DNA of 64,000 bases from Octopus sinensis (Eukaryota), in NCBI RefSeq assembly GCF_006345805.1, contig NC_043002.1, positions 89,280,001-89,344,000 of the forward strand, written 5' to 3'. Under the pieces are notes generated by a model, which was not told the origin of the DNA, made no database searches, and was given only the letters and a program-made list of their open reading frames with translations. Numbering within the stretch: position 1 is the stretch's first letter; each line of letters starts with the position of its first letter. The translations under genes and the position numbers were made by a program. Shown here piece after piece: positions 50,899 to 63,700 of this stretch.

Positions 50899-51259
50899 CT
50901 AGCACTATGACCCGGCAACATCGGGTCATAGTGCTAGTGCATGCATATACAGCTGCGTGCGTGCGCACATACACACAAGTACTGTCCAAATCTCTGACCA
51001 ATCACATACAGCTAGCTGGCATTCAATTGGCGTATCAAGTTTCGGGCATTTTGATTGGGTTTTGGATAGAAAATTCACAAAAAAAGTCACTTCTATTGAT
51101 TTTTTAATGGCTTTGCGGGGTGACTGGGGAAATGTAAAGATGTGCACGACTACCCTTGGACGGTTTTGAATGAGCATAGAAAGTGCGAGCCCTCTAACTG
51201 AAAAATTGTGGATTTGTATAAAGGACACACACAGACATTTTGCCGTTTATATATATAGA
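50899..51259 (-). mobile_element. Non-autonomous Helitron
   Basis: Minus strand: 5' TCTATATATATAAA, 3' hairpin ending CTAG|T. Confidence 0.85.
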
Positions 51260-51652
51260 CTAGCAGTATCACCCGGCGTTGCTCGGGTTGTAAGGGAAAT
51301 AACTATATAAGCATTTTTAGAGAGTTATAGCCAAAAAATAGCAAAAAAATGCATTAAAAATTGAAAAAAAATTAAGGTAAATTTTTTTTAAATCGTTGAC
51401 ACATCGTAGATATTTTTAGAGAGTTACTTCCCTTATATAAAAGCGAAAAAATGCATTAAAATGGAAAAATATGATGGTAAATTTTTTTTAAATCATAGAC
51501 TCATCGTAGACGCGCGCTAATACCCAGAAGGGCTCGATATGAATCACGACTATAAGATACCCGCTTTTGGTTAAACTGCACCGCAAAATGTGGGAGTAGT
51601 TACGAATCTAAATCGTAGGAGACAGACACACAACTTCACTCTTATATAAAGA
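51260..51652 (-). mobile_element. Second non-autonomous Helitron abutting the first
   Basis: A|TC 5' end at 51652; CCCGAGCAACGCCGGG hairpin; CTAG 3' end at 51260. Confidence 0.85.
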
Positions 51653-51654
51653 TG

Positions 51655-51978
51655 CTTTTTTTTTTCAGTCATAGAGTTAGATTTATGAAGGTCTTCAGTA
51701 GAAAATCCTTCGAATTCTGACTCGCTGCTTGATATAATGAAATTCGTATCCATTTTTTGTCAGAATTACAAATTTTGAAAACACAATAGGAACAAATTTC
51801 AGAAAAAAATCTCCCATAATTCACGGAATTAAAATTACACTTCGATTTTTGTACAAAACTGTATTTGAAGTGTTTACGAAGTATAATACGTGTTTTCACG
51901 AATGTACTAAAGAGATTTACTCTGATATTCTCATTTAAATATGAATAGGTAAATTCGGGCGGTTTGGTAACGAAAGGG
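51655..51978 (-). mobile_element. 5' stub of a piggyBac-like transposon (TIR plus start of transposase)
   Basis: TTAA-CCCTTTCGTTACC terminus at 51978, shared with MITE family B; ORF start MDTNFIISSSESEFEGFSTED is acidic, like piggyBac N-termini (inference). Confidence 0.6.
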
Positions 51979-52734
51979 TTAAACGGATGCATACATTTAT
52001 TAATAACTATATATAAGTGTCGTCTGTTTATACATAAACACTGTTTCATACTTTCACTTTAGTCTTCCTCAAATCACTCTGTCGCTATTTACTCTCTTCC
52101 AAGAACATTTTCACTCACTCTTATCTCTTAGCTTGCCATACATTTTACTCATGTATCTATCAGCGTGATAGACAGAAACAAATATTACATCGCCATCACA
52201 TTCTATTGTCTACCTGTCAACACACACACAGTGAATTAGTTTCACTTTATTCGTTGCACACTGTGTGTGTGCGTTTGCGTGTGCTGTAAACCAGACTAAG
52301 AAAAGCATTTGACATACACACCAGAATGTGAGTTTTCTGTAAATTTTGCTTAATTGGAGTTTAAATTTTAAAAACTGGACCTGGCATGACCCGATGCATT
52401 CTACTCTTAAAAATGCTAGGTAAATTGTAATTGAAGAAATCCTATATTGTAGATTTCTATAAGTGACAAAGGGAGGCAGATAAAATCTGCCTTTTATAAT
52501 AAGAGATTCATTCTTTCCCAGAACATCAATTCTTTGACATCCCCTATCCCACCCACTTTTTACTTCAATTTAAATATCCATAGCATTCTCACTGTCCTAT
52601 ACTGCAGAATAAACCATGATGCTAGTTGATAATTCTTTATTTAAAATTGAATGTGTTTAGGATTTCAGATTCTTTTTTTTCTTTTCAACTTTTGGAATAA
52701 TGTACAGTTTTTCTTTTTTTTACTTTTCATTATT

Positions 52735-52903
52735 AGGCGTAGGAGTGGCTGTGTGGTAAGTAGCATGCTTACGAACCACATGGTTCCGGGTTCAGTCCCA
52801 CTACGTGGCACCTTGGGCAAGTGTCTTCTACTATAGCCTTGGGCCGACCAAAGCCTTGCAAGTGGATTTGGTAGACGGAAAGTGAAAGAAGCCCGTCGTA
52901 TAC

Positions 52904-52949
<46 letters not shown>

Positions 52950-53146
52950 TTGTTCCCCAACATCGCTTGACAACTGATGCTGGTGTGTTTACGTCCCTGT
53001 AACTTAGCGGTTTGGCAAAAGAGACCGATAGAATAAGTACTAGGCTTACGAAGAATAAGTCCTGGGGTTGATTTGCTCGATTAAACGGTGGTGCTCCTGC
53101 ATGGCCACAGTCACATGACTGAAACAAGTAAAAGAGTAAAAGAGAG
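52735..53146 (+). mobile_element. Full-length CORE-like tRNA SINE with internal (TG)n
   Basis: Homologous to 34033-34415. Confidence 0.9.
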
Positions 53147-53709
53147 TCACAGGATATCTATGTTTAAAATGAGACCATATTCTCATTTGAAACACAGTGT
53201 AGAGTGCAAAGCATGTTGTACATAATGCATGAAGGTATTGCTATGATGGCTTTGACAATAAAACGGCACCAACATAACTGGGCTATACAAGCTCAACCTA
53301 GTGTGCGTGTGAAATCATTCCCAACAGCTGAGAGTCCAGTGCATGACCTACGACATTTGTATACCTGTCAGAAACTTTCCCAGTCTTTCTAGAAATTTCC
53401 AATTGTATGCTTCTTTCACTTGAAAAACTTTGTGTCAACATATTCACTGTAGTGAGAATCAAAAAACAAATTAAAAATAATTATACAGAAGACAACAACA
53501 ACATTAGTTTAATGACTAATTTTCATGTGATATGTTTTTCTAAATATGCTATGGAATTAGTGTTAGAGAAAAATTATTTCCTGTTGATAATTGCACATGC
53601 CTCACCCAATAGTTTTAAAACTTAAGCAGATCAAACTGGAGATTTTCCAATAAAATACTTCAGTGTTAAGTTACTGTTTCTCATAACTAACTTATATTAC
53701 TGTCATATA

Positions 53710-54070
53710 ATGCCCAGCGGTATTTCGACTACTGTTACGTTCTGAGTTCAAATTCCGCCGAGGTCGACTTTTCCTTTCATCCTTTCGAGGTCGATTAAAT
53801 AAGTATCAGTTACGCACAGGGGTCAATGTAATCGACTTAATCCCTTTGTCTGTCCTTGTTTGTCCTCTCTGTGTTTAGCCTCTTGTGGGTAGTAGAGAAA
53901 TAGGTATTTCATCTGTCTTTATGTTCTGAGTTCAAATTCCACCGAGGTCAACTTTACCTTTCATCCTTTCAGGGTTGATAAATTAAGTACCAGCTGCATA
54001 CTGGGGTCAATCTAATCAACTGTCCCCCTCCCCAAAAAATTTTGGGCTTTGTGCCTAGAGTAGAAAAGAT
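53710..54070 (+). mobile_element. Nin-domain-like SINE with internal duplication
   Basis: Two successive GAGTTCAAATTCC...CCTTTCATCCTTTC units. Confidence 0.75.
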
Positions 54071-55187
54071 TTATTACTGCTCACAAAAGTAAATGGACAA
54101 TAACAATGTGTTAAAAAGGCAAACAAGCATCCACCCAATTGCACACTTCAATAAAAAAATGTTTAAGGTAACCCAAACTACTCATGGTATTACCATGGGT
54201 GACCAAATGGCTGAGGCACAACCAAGCACCTTCATGAGAATCACCAAATACTTCAGTCAGATGAACCGCTAACGATAACAAAAACTCTGTTGTCAGCAAC
54301 ACAGTTCCCCTGGACATTTCAAATGTCATTAATCAAAAAATATAATTCGGCAGAAAATTACAATATTTCAGATATTTGCACCACTCAGCTATGGATTCAG
54401 TAACCCCCCACCTCTACCACAGCATTTAGGATATGTGATGGAGTGAATAAAAACCACAAATAATGGAATCACATATGAGGTATCCACCTCTAGCCCAAAG
54501 TCTAGAACCAATCTCATCAGGCCTAGTCATCCTTAGATAGCCCCACTGGCTCTAGCACTGATTGTGGGTATTTTACATTGAGCAGGATTTGTTTCATGAT
54601 TAGACTCATCTCAGTGGCAACCAAACCAACCTGCAAACAGTTGACATGACAAGATATGAAAATCCCCAAATCAAGGAGCTAAACATACTGCTTTCTCTTT
54701 ACATATATCTAAAAGTAATGGAAATGCAGAACCCCTTTCGTATAAATAAGCCACTAATGGTTACTGTAAGCAGAGCATCAACCTAATCCCAAAGAAAATA
54801 TAGCAACAGCTCTTTCAATAAAAACAGCGTGAAAGAAAAATATGATTTATTATTAAGACGTATTTATTACAACTTTTTGTAATAAAATAGTAAGCAATAA
54901 AATTTAAATGTCTATAAATTTCCTTTATTTCAGTTGGGTCAACCTAAGCCATTTGGGTAAAATAAGATACTTTTTTTGCGATGTGTGTTTATTTTTATGC
55001 AGCACAACTTTTGCCAGTGACCAGGTTGCAGTTTCGAACAACACTGTATTACAAACAATAAATATTTAAGTGAAGTTAACAGTATTTGTGTGTTTCTGCA
55101 TGGCTAACCTGTATTTTCCATGCCGCAATCTTTTTATTTTTTAATGGTCTGATGGCTGAAGCTCTGGCCATGGTCTTCACATGCCTG

Positions 55188-55589
55188 GGATCTTTTCGGT
55201 TTGAACGGCAGTTTTTAACATAATTTCTAGGTAACTAAAAAATTTTAAACTTCGTATACTGATAGAATGTGTTTATAAAACATCTTTTTCTCTTGGCTTT
55301 ATTGAGAAAATTCTATAGATTGTAAGATATTTGTTGTTTTCTTTTCTGCAATTTCAACCAATCACTGACGTCTATTGAGGTAAAAAAAAACACTCTGTGC
55401 CGTATGAATATGTCCCTCGTTTAAGAAACAGATTGGGTTTATTTACATTTGTGAAGAAAAAAAGATACCCTTCCCCCTAACCCTAAAACAGATTGAAATG
55501 CAATAGATCGATACTAGGGTCATAATTATGGGTGACAATTTCATATGACACCGCTAGGAAAAAAACTGCTGTTCAAACCGAAAAGATCC
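55188..55589 (-). mobile_element. Merlin-type MITE, copy 3
   Basis: Same TIR; TSD CATGCCTG (55180-55187, 55590-55597); opposite orientation to copies 1 and 2. Confidence 0.9.
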
Positions 55590-57234
55590 CATGCCTGTCA
55601 GGTGGATTGTACATGTGATTTAAAAGGGCCAGATATGTCACACATACTGTCATGCTCATTGTGCATAAAGATACAAGTATCCTATAATGGTAAATCCTGC
55701 TATCGCTCAAACAGCTAGAAGACTTATTGTCGAAATCACCGAGGAAAACAATATAAGAAATAGACAGGATATATTACTAACTCTGTGTCCAATTTATGCA
55801 AACAATACCATTTTTTGTTTTTCAATAAAAAAAAAAGATGTATAATTTGAATAGAGCAATCCCTCCCCTCGGAGTTGTCCCTTATCAAAAGAAATGCCGG
55901 CGAAGGTTTTTTATAACTAACAAATTTTTTCCCCCAAAATATGATATAATGATATACAATGACAAAGAAGGTACGGTAGTTCTAACAAAATCGAATGATG
56001 GTATTCTAGCCAAACGAACGTGTGCGTGAGTGTGACAATCACCTGCGATTGTAACGTGCCACTTATAAGTGAAACTAGCTAACAGCAGTTTCTCTTTTAC
56101 TTTGCTGTGCTTCGGCCAAATTGTTTATCATAAGAGGATATTTTTGGATAGAGTTAAGGTTTTCTTTTGTATGTTGTTTAAAGTTGGGTGGGTGTGATTG
56201 CATAAGACTGTTTAAAATGTTTTCGAAGTTCTAGTTTAAGGTGGTGGTAGGGAGTGTGTCATTAATTAAGAAGATTTGGCGACACATTCTTGTCAACCGA
56301 GCGACCACATAGAGTAGTGGTCCTCAACCGGGGTCCATATAACCCTTGAGTCTGCATAAAATTTTGCTGTTAAAATTCTATGTGCAATAAATTGGTTATA
56401 CAAAATATTTTCATACGATTCCTAATAATAATTAATTATAAAAATGTGTGATCGTTTTGAAACACTGGTTGGCCATGTGGGTCCACGCGAGTAAAAAAAG
56501 GAATCAAATAGGTACATGAATAAAAGGAAATAGTTGGGAACCACCGGCACAAAGATTCCGTTCGGGTAAAATAATAGAAATTATTCGATTAATATTTTTC
56601 TTTAATTTGTTCTTTCATTCTATAAATGAATAACAACAATAATTCTTAAGCAATAACAGGTTTAAACAAACAGTAGTAATAATTTTAACCAGATTAAAGA
56701 CATTTTGGTGTAAAGTTCGACCACTGTACAAATCAAACACATTTTAAATTAAGGAACAGCAAATGTTTTTAATAAATCGTGAACAATGTTCTGTGATTGT
56801 TTATTTTCTGATTCAAAATATAAAATTGCTTCGATTTGCTGCAAATTATAGTGGTCGAGCTTAGGCCAAAAATGTCCTTGGTGTGTTTAAAATTATTACA
56901 GCTAATAGTCGATTAAAGCTATACTGTCTTCGTTTCTTAAAGTTACTATCGATGTCATTCACTTAAGAAACATTTAAGCTTGCTTCAAGCTGTGACAAAA
57001 CTGAAAGAAAGGTTCACGCGAATAATTTGTCTTAGTTTACTTAGCTCTATAAAAACAACTATATTTTCATAATAACTGAATAAATTTTATTACTTTAGTT
57101 TTTGGTTTTATTGGTTAGCTTAGCATTCGATCACAGGTTACAGAAGTAGTAGTATTAATTTGGGATATTTTACATCACAGAAATTGAAAGACAGCAATGG
57201 ATCACCTAAGCTTAATTGAATTTACCAGAGTTAA

Positions 57235-58160
57235 TCTATATATATAAAGATGAGAATGTGTGTGTGTCTGTCTGTGTGAATCCTTAAAACTTGAGAACTA
57301 CACAATCAATTTCATTCAAATTTTACCCATTCCTTACTTAGGGTCCATGTAGTGTCATAGGCCAAAAAAAAAACTTTTAACTTTTTGCCTAGTGCGAGCC
57401 CACAGCAATATCATATATCCTCCACTATTTCAGTATTAAGTGTCAAAAGAGAAACAATAACATCTCTATTGTAATGTCAGATATTTTCACTTTAATACTG
57501 AATCTATTAAAGTGAAACTATTATCTCACATATATACAGGCATACATACATACGTATCTTATATTATATATATATATATATCATCATCATATATATATAT
57601 GCATACATCTGCACAAATGTATATATGCAGATGTATATGTATATGTATAGATGTATATATATATAGATGTATATATATATATAGATGTACATAGACTAGC
57701 TATTTTGTTCTGTGCTTCACTCGGGTTTTGTGGTGGTGTTGTTTTGGGCGTGTTGTCTCCTTTTCCCTTTCTTCTTTTGTTTGTCTTCTTTGCCTGGTTC
57801 TTTTTATTGCCCTCTTTTTTTACCCCACTTTCCAAAATCCCCCAAATTTTTACACCCACAATTAAAGATAACTGCCTCTAGCCCCTGCAGCAACATGAAA
57901 AGCCACCATTATTCAAACAGCGCAACCTGTCTATCCCATAAAACTCAATTTTTCCCATATTCCTCACCATGGCAACCAAACGGTAGCCCCAAGCGACTTG
58001 CAACCCTCCTCACACCATTGCCCACCCCATTTTACCCCCCAGTGTAAATTTTGGTGCCAATCCGACCCCATCTACCACCCTTTAAACTGTTCCCATCCCA
58101 AAATGAGACAAATAACCAAGAAATCAAACAACTTTTTCGCATTTCAGCTTTATAGATATT
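57235..58160. mobile_element. Helitron remnants (5' end on + at ~57235; minus-strand copy at ~57696-58160) around a TA-rich tract
   Basis: A|TCTATATATATAAAG start; CTAG plus hairpin remnant at 57696. Confidence 0.55.
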
Positions 58161-58207
58161 GATGTATATATATAGATATAAATGTATATGTATATGTGTA
58201 GATGTAT

Positions 58208-58737
58208 AACCTGTGGCCTCTACCTGGGACGTAGCCAGCCCACTTATGCATACCTTTCCTTCTTGTGACATAAACCCTACTTGTGAAGACCTGTTGAGGC
58301 AAGTGAAAATCAAAATCGAAATCGATCAACATCAATGGAAATTGTAGCTGTGATACCAGTGCCGGTGACACATAAGAGAACCATCCGAACGTAGCCGTTG
58401 CCAGTGCCACCCCAACTGGCCTCCATGCCGGTGGCACATAAAAAGCACCATCCAATTGTGGCCATTGCCAGCCTCGTCTGGCCCCTGTGCCAGTGGAACG
58501 TAAAAAGCACCATCCGATCGTGGCTGTTTGCCAGCCTCGTCTGGCACCTGTGCAGGTGGCACGTAAAAAGTACCCACTACACTCACGGAGTGGTTGGCGT
58601 TAGGAAGGGCATCCAGCTGTAGAAACACTGCCAGATCAGACTGGGCCTGGCACAGCCTACTGGCTCCCCAGACCCCAGTTGAAATGCCCAACCCATGCTA
58701 GCATGGAAAACGGACATTAAACGATGATGATGATGAT
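58208..58737 (+). mobile_element. RTE LINE 3' UTR with ~62-bp tandem subrepeats
   Basis: Repeated GCCAG...GTGGCACGTAAAAAGCACC units; (ATG)n tail. Confidence 0.85.
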
Positions 58738-58810
58738 ATATGTAATATGTACACAAACATATACACATATATACATGCATACATATATAGACCCATACAC
58801 ACACATACAT

Positions 58811-59125
58811 AGGTGCAGGTGTGGCTGTGTGGTAAGAAACTTCGTTCCAAAACACATGGTCCTAGGTTCAGTATCACTGTGTGGTGATTTGGAATGTGTC
58901 TTCTGCTATAGCCTCAGACCAACCAAAGTCTTGTGAGTGGATTTTGTAGACAGAAACTGAAAGAAATCAATCGTATATATATGTATATATGTAAGTGTAT
59001 GTGTGTGTGTCTTTGTCTCTGTGTTTCTCCCTCATCACTGCTTCATAACTACTGTTCGTTGATTTACATCCCCATAACTTACTGGTTTGACAAGAAGAAA
59101 CTGATAGAATAAGTACCAAGTTTAT
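58811..59125 (+). mobile_element. Degenerate CORE-like SINE
   Basis: Homologous to the 52735 copy. Confidence 0.75.
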
Positions 59126-59280
59126 CAAAATATAAAAAGAAGCACTAGGCAGTGTCTCATATTTTTGTTTGCCCACTCAGTTGTATATATCAATCTATCT
59201 TTGTATGTGTGTGTGTGTATATATGTATATATAACTAATACACACACACACATACATGTAAGTATATGTGCATATTCATA

Positions 59281-60782
59281 TCTATTATATAAAAGTCAAT
59301 GTCTTTATGTGTATTTGTAAATGCATTTGAAAACTACTGCACCAATCCTTATGAAATTTGGAACTTAGATTCAATGCATAAGGGCAGGTATAATGCAGTA
59401 TGTTTGGTTTGAATTTGTGATGGCTTAAAGGGGGCAGAACCGCTATGAAAATTCATAAATTTTCGATGTTGATGAAATTTCAAACATGGATAATTGACAC
59501 ACATCAAGAAGTATTCTCAAAGTTTCCACCTCTCATGAGGATTCTAAGACCCCTTGATGGGAGTCTTAACTCCCAAATTTTAGTCATTTTTTATGATCTA
59601 AAACTAGGTCAAAAGTACTGAATGGATCTTTATGAAAGTTTAACAGTAGATATTAGACACAAATGAAGTAATATTTCTAAAATTTCATCTTCTTAGAAGA
59701 CAGAAAGACCCCTTCATGGGGACTTAACACCCACAATTTAGTCATTTTATCTAAGCAAAGACGAATACAGTTGTACTCTTGGAAGCTGTAGGGTCACCTG
59801 AGTATAAAAGGTGAGCATTATTTGTAATTCAATGGTACAACAGTGTAAGAGTTTGCTTTGACATACACTTAGATTGTGATTTCTGCAATGTGGTGCATAA
59901 ATTGTCAAGTAAATGAGATTCAGTTGCAAAGTGTTCAGTAAAGTTATTTGGTTGCAGACCTCCTTTTAGTCTTTTTATTATCACTGGGTCACACATAGTC
60001 CCCCAATGGTAACATTGATTTCAAGGCCTTCTCAGATGAAGATGAGAGACTGGTTATTGAAAGACATTTATAGATTGTAAATTTATTCTGTCCAGTTACC
60101 TATCAGTATAGTGGTCATTTGGAAACTCCAGAGGTGACACTTTCATTTCCCCTTTGCCCTCACGTCACACAATTGTTAATGTTTGAGTTGGGTCATGCCC
60201 TTCCAATTGCTATAGATCCGTAATGCATCTTACGGCTGTGCCTGTCACCTGTATGGTGAGGAATGCCTACATCAGGGAGTAGTAACAACTAGGGTAGGAT
60301 AGCTGACTGCTTATTGTGATCATTCGTCTTTTGGTTTCCTGTAGCTTTGCTCTCTTTTACAAACCCAGTGAACATACATATATTTCCTATTTCAAAGAAA
60401 TTCGAACAATACATATAAGACCTAAGTTAAAAAGATTCTCAACAATTCAATTTCTCTGGTTGACATTAAGACACCCACCCCCAATAGGGGCCTTAACTAC
60501 CACATTTTAGAGCTCCATGACCTCCATTTTTCAGGAGCAAAATCCTGCTAAAGGTTCCATAAGACTGGAATTTTGGAAGCTGCACATAAAGATCAGTAGT
60601 ATGGGATACATGTGTCATGATTAGAATTTTTTTAGGGTGTGTAAAGAGGGAAAGAACCCTCATCTGCAATTTTGATGAAATTCGAATCATAGGTATTCCA
60701 GTTCATTAGAGAAAATATAATAACAGAAAAGTCTAATTCTTCAATTGCATGTAACACAGGCAACGCCTGATATCTCTGCTAG
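59281..60782 (+). mobile_element. Non-autonomous Helitron, ~1.5 kb
   Basis: A|TCTATTATATAAAA 5' end; CAGGCAACGCCTG hairpin then CTAG|T 3' end; that both ends belong to one element is inferred. Confidence 0.7.
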
Positions 60783-63700
60783 TTTTTTTTTAAATTAACA
60801 AACATTTATTTACATGAAAGAAAATACCGGAGAACTTCCATCTAATTCTAGTTAGCTTCAAATCTGTTTATTATTTATTGCATTAAATAGTTAAAATGCA
60901 TATGACTATACATTAAGTTTATTATAGTTTATATATATATATATTAAGTAATAATACATGGATCTTTACCTAATACATTATTCAACATTGAACTAAAATT
61001 AGAATATTACATATTGAAATTTAATATTACAATAAGATTTATAGCATCTTGAAAACAGAAAGTATGCACCAAGAGAAAATGTGAGATAAAAATCAAAAGT
61101 ACTCCTCTAATTAAACGTGAGACATCTCTGAAATACTGAAACGAATGAAGAAATGTTTCAAAATAAGTGAATCACATCACCTGATGTTTATTTATTCAAA
61201 ACAAGTCTTCGAATTTCTATTTCAAACATCGGAAGTTTCGACTGCAAAAGAGAACTTTAAAAAAAAAATTTCTGTCCCACCTTCCATGTATTTTATGCTT
61301 CATCTTGATAAAATTCCTTACAATTACACAAACTTGTAGAGTTCTATACGATAAGAGAAAGCTCGGCCAGAGGGGAAATACAACTTATCTATTATCTTAT
61401 TTCTAAAACAATTTATAACATTTATTTATTTCGATAAATTAGGAAAGCCAAATGAAATTGTGACGTTTTCCATAACTACTTCCCAGTTCTTTCTTTTTTG
61501 TTTTCCATTTTTTTTCCTTCCGAATTTGGTTCTGTATTATATATATGTATCATATAGACATGTGTTATGTTCCAATAAAAGTACCGTTTACTAGATAGTT
61601 AAGAAAAATTACGCTGCTTACCAAGCAAGAAATCTAATGTATTCAGATGAGTGTAAATATATTGATATACGATAAGACATAATAGACATACCTACACAAG
61701 TGTACCCACCCCTATCCTGACTTTGTTCCCTCGTAACATACTGTCAATGGGTATTTTATAACGAAATTTTCCATCAATACCTTTTAGGTGGTGTAGCCTA
61801 CGATTTTATTGGAATTTGTTATATAAAAAAAAAAACATTCAGAGGCGGGGAGGGGAGTTTCGGATAATTCACACGAGTCGATTTTTTTCTTCTCATAACT
61901 TTAAAAAAAAGTGTTTTTTTAGTGTATTTTACAAGAAACATCTTTCGGGTGGTGTCTGAACTGAAATGTCAAATCTTGTCGAGTTATATCGAAGGAATTC
62001 CCGATTTAAAAAAAAAAATTGGCATACGCGTGCGCGCACATACATGCTAACACACACACACACACACTTATAGTGCGTGTGTTTTTGTGTTATATGCATC
62101 ACTGATATAATAAAATGGCAACAGAAATGAAATAAAGGAGAAACATAAATATTGATAAATTTACAGTTCTGTTGATGTTAACGCTCTGTTTGTAACGTAA
62201 ACATTAACATATAGTGAAGTAATGTTGGTTGCTATGAGGGGAGTTTCGATCAAAGTCCTTCTAAACAGATGACATGAAGACGTTTATCACTAAGAACTAA
62301 TAAGTGTTCATAGAACGAAATAACTATCAAATTAAGACCCAGCATAAAGAAAAAAACAAAAACAATCATTGTATTTTGGAGGCAGGGGTGAAAAAAACGG
62401 CCGTAATTCAAACAACTATGACAACAATGAAAGCTCTTCATGTTTCCAGCCAGACATCGATCGATATTAATTCTATTTTCTGCTACATTATAGCTTAAAA
62501 TCAGTGATTAAAGAATTTTAAACAATACAAATCAAGAAGCTTGTATATCAATGGTTTTCAAACTTATTCTATTACGAAAAACCTTATACGATTTTCCAAA
62601 GATCACAAAATCTTTAAATATATTTTATGGTTGTGCTCTACTAATTTAATTTTAATATAACTTTAAACGAAACAAACTCTTTGAGAGAATTTATTTATTG
62701 CAAAAAACAAAAACAAAAAAAAAACAATTTAGTATTTTGAAAATGGCTATTGCCATTTGTTATTATAAAATAATTTTTTTATTAAATGCTATTAAAAGAA
62801 CTCCCAAAATTATTATCGCGGAATTCCTAGAAAACATTTGCGGAATCCACCTGCGGCACTTTTCTAGACCATTCTCTAAACTACGATGTATAATTAATGG
62901 TAAAGAAATTCAATGCAAATGTACTGTTTTTTCTAATTGAAGAACTGGTAAACACCTCCAAGTCTCTATTTGAAAATTCTCAACACAATCCGCATTTATC
63001 GCACCACATTTTTCTCTTGTTCAGCCCTTGATCAAGAATCCTGTTTTCCCTTTTAACTTTTTATTTTTATAAAGCTATGTACAGCTATCTTATTTAATCA
63101 GCCCTTTTCTTATATAAGATGGTAAAGTATGATTTCGGGGGAAAGATTTGGCTGTTATTTCTAGTTGGCTCGTATAAAAATTACCTGGAATGAAGGCTAC
63201 ATAGAGAAATTTATATATAATTACGATCGTTAGAATGAACTAATTGACTTGTCTCGTCATTGTCTAAATCTGTTTAATCGATGATTTCAAACAATGATGT
63301 GAATGCGAAAGAACAGAACTAATATCGATGTCTGTCAGGGTCGAATTGAAATAGCGATGTACGTAAAAAAAATAAACAATTAGTAATGAATGTAAACAAA
63401 CTATTCTGGTAGTAAAAAAAAAAAAACTATTATAAAGGTTGGACTTTTAATTTTCATTTTGTAAAGGAAATTCGTTGTCCATAGTTTTTAATTTGCAAAA
63501 CAGGAACTAAATTAATAACAGAAAATGTTTCAATTTGAAGGAAATTTTTGATTTTGCCACTTCATTCATCTATTCTGAAATTTTTTCTTGTTCTAATTTT
63601 ACAACTAGTATACTTGTATACTAGCTTTAAACGGAGTTATTTAGTCTGTCAATCTGCTACTATTTGATCGTAACAACATTTAAAATAAAATATGTATTAT

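Noticed and set aside
50685-50921. ORF with LGGF...KKK resembling the GDPD1 N-terminus
   Set aside because: No KYP, LH or HRG motifs and no compatible donor.
54425-54500. Minus-strand RGGYL...HHIS peptide resembling GDPD1 exon 1
   Set aside because: Wrong spacing, a stop right after HIS, and no HRG or splice donor.
58032-58936. Cluster of overlapping 70-119-aa ORFs
   Set aside because: All lie in GC-richer RTE 3' UTR, SINE and microsatellite sequence; similar peptides recur at every copy of the repeat.
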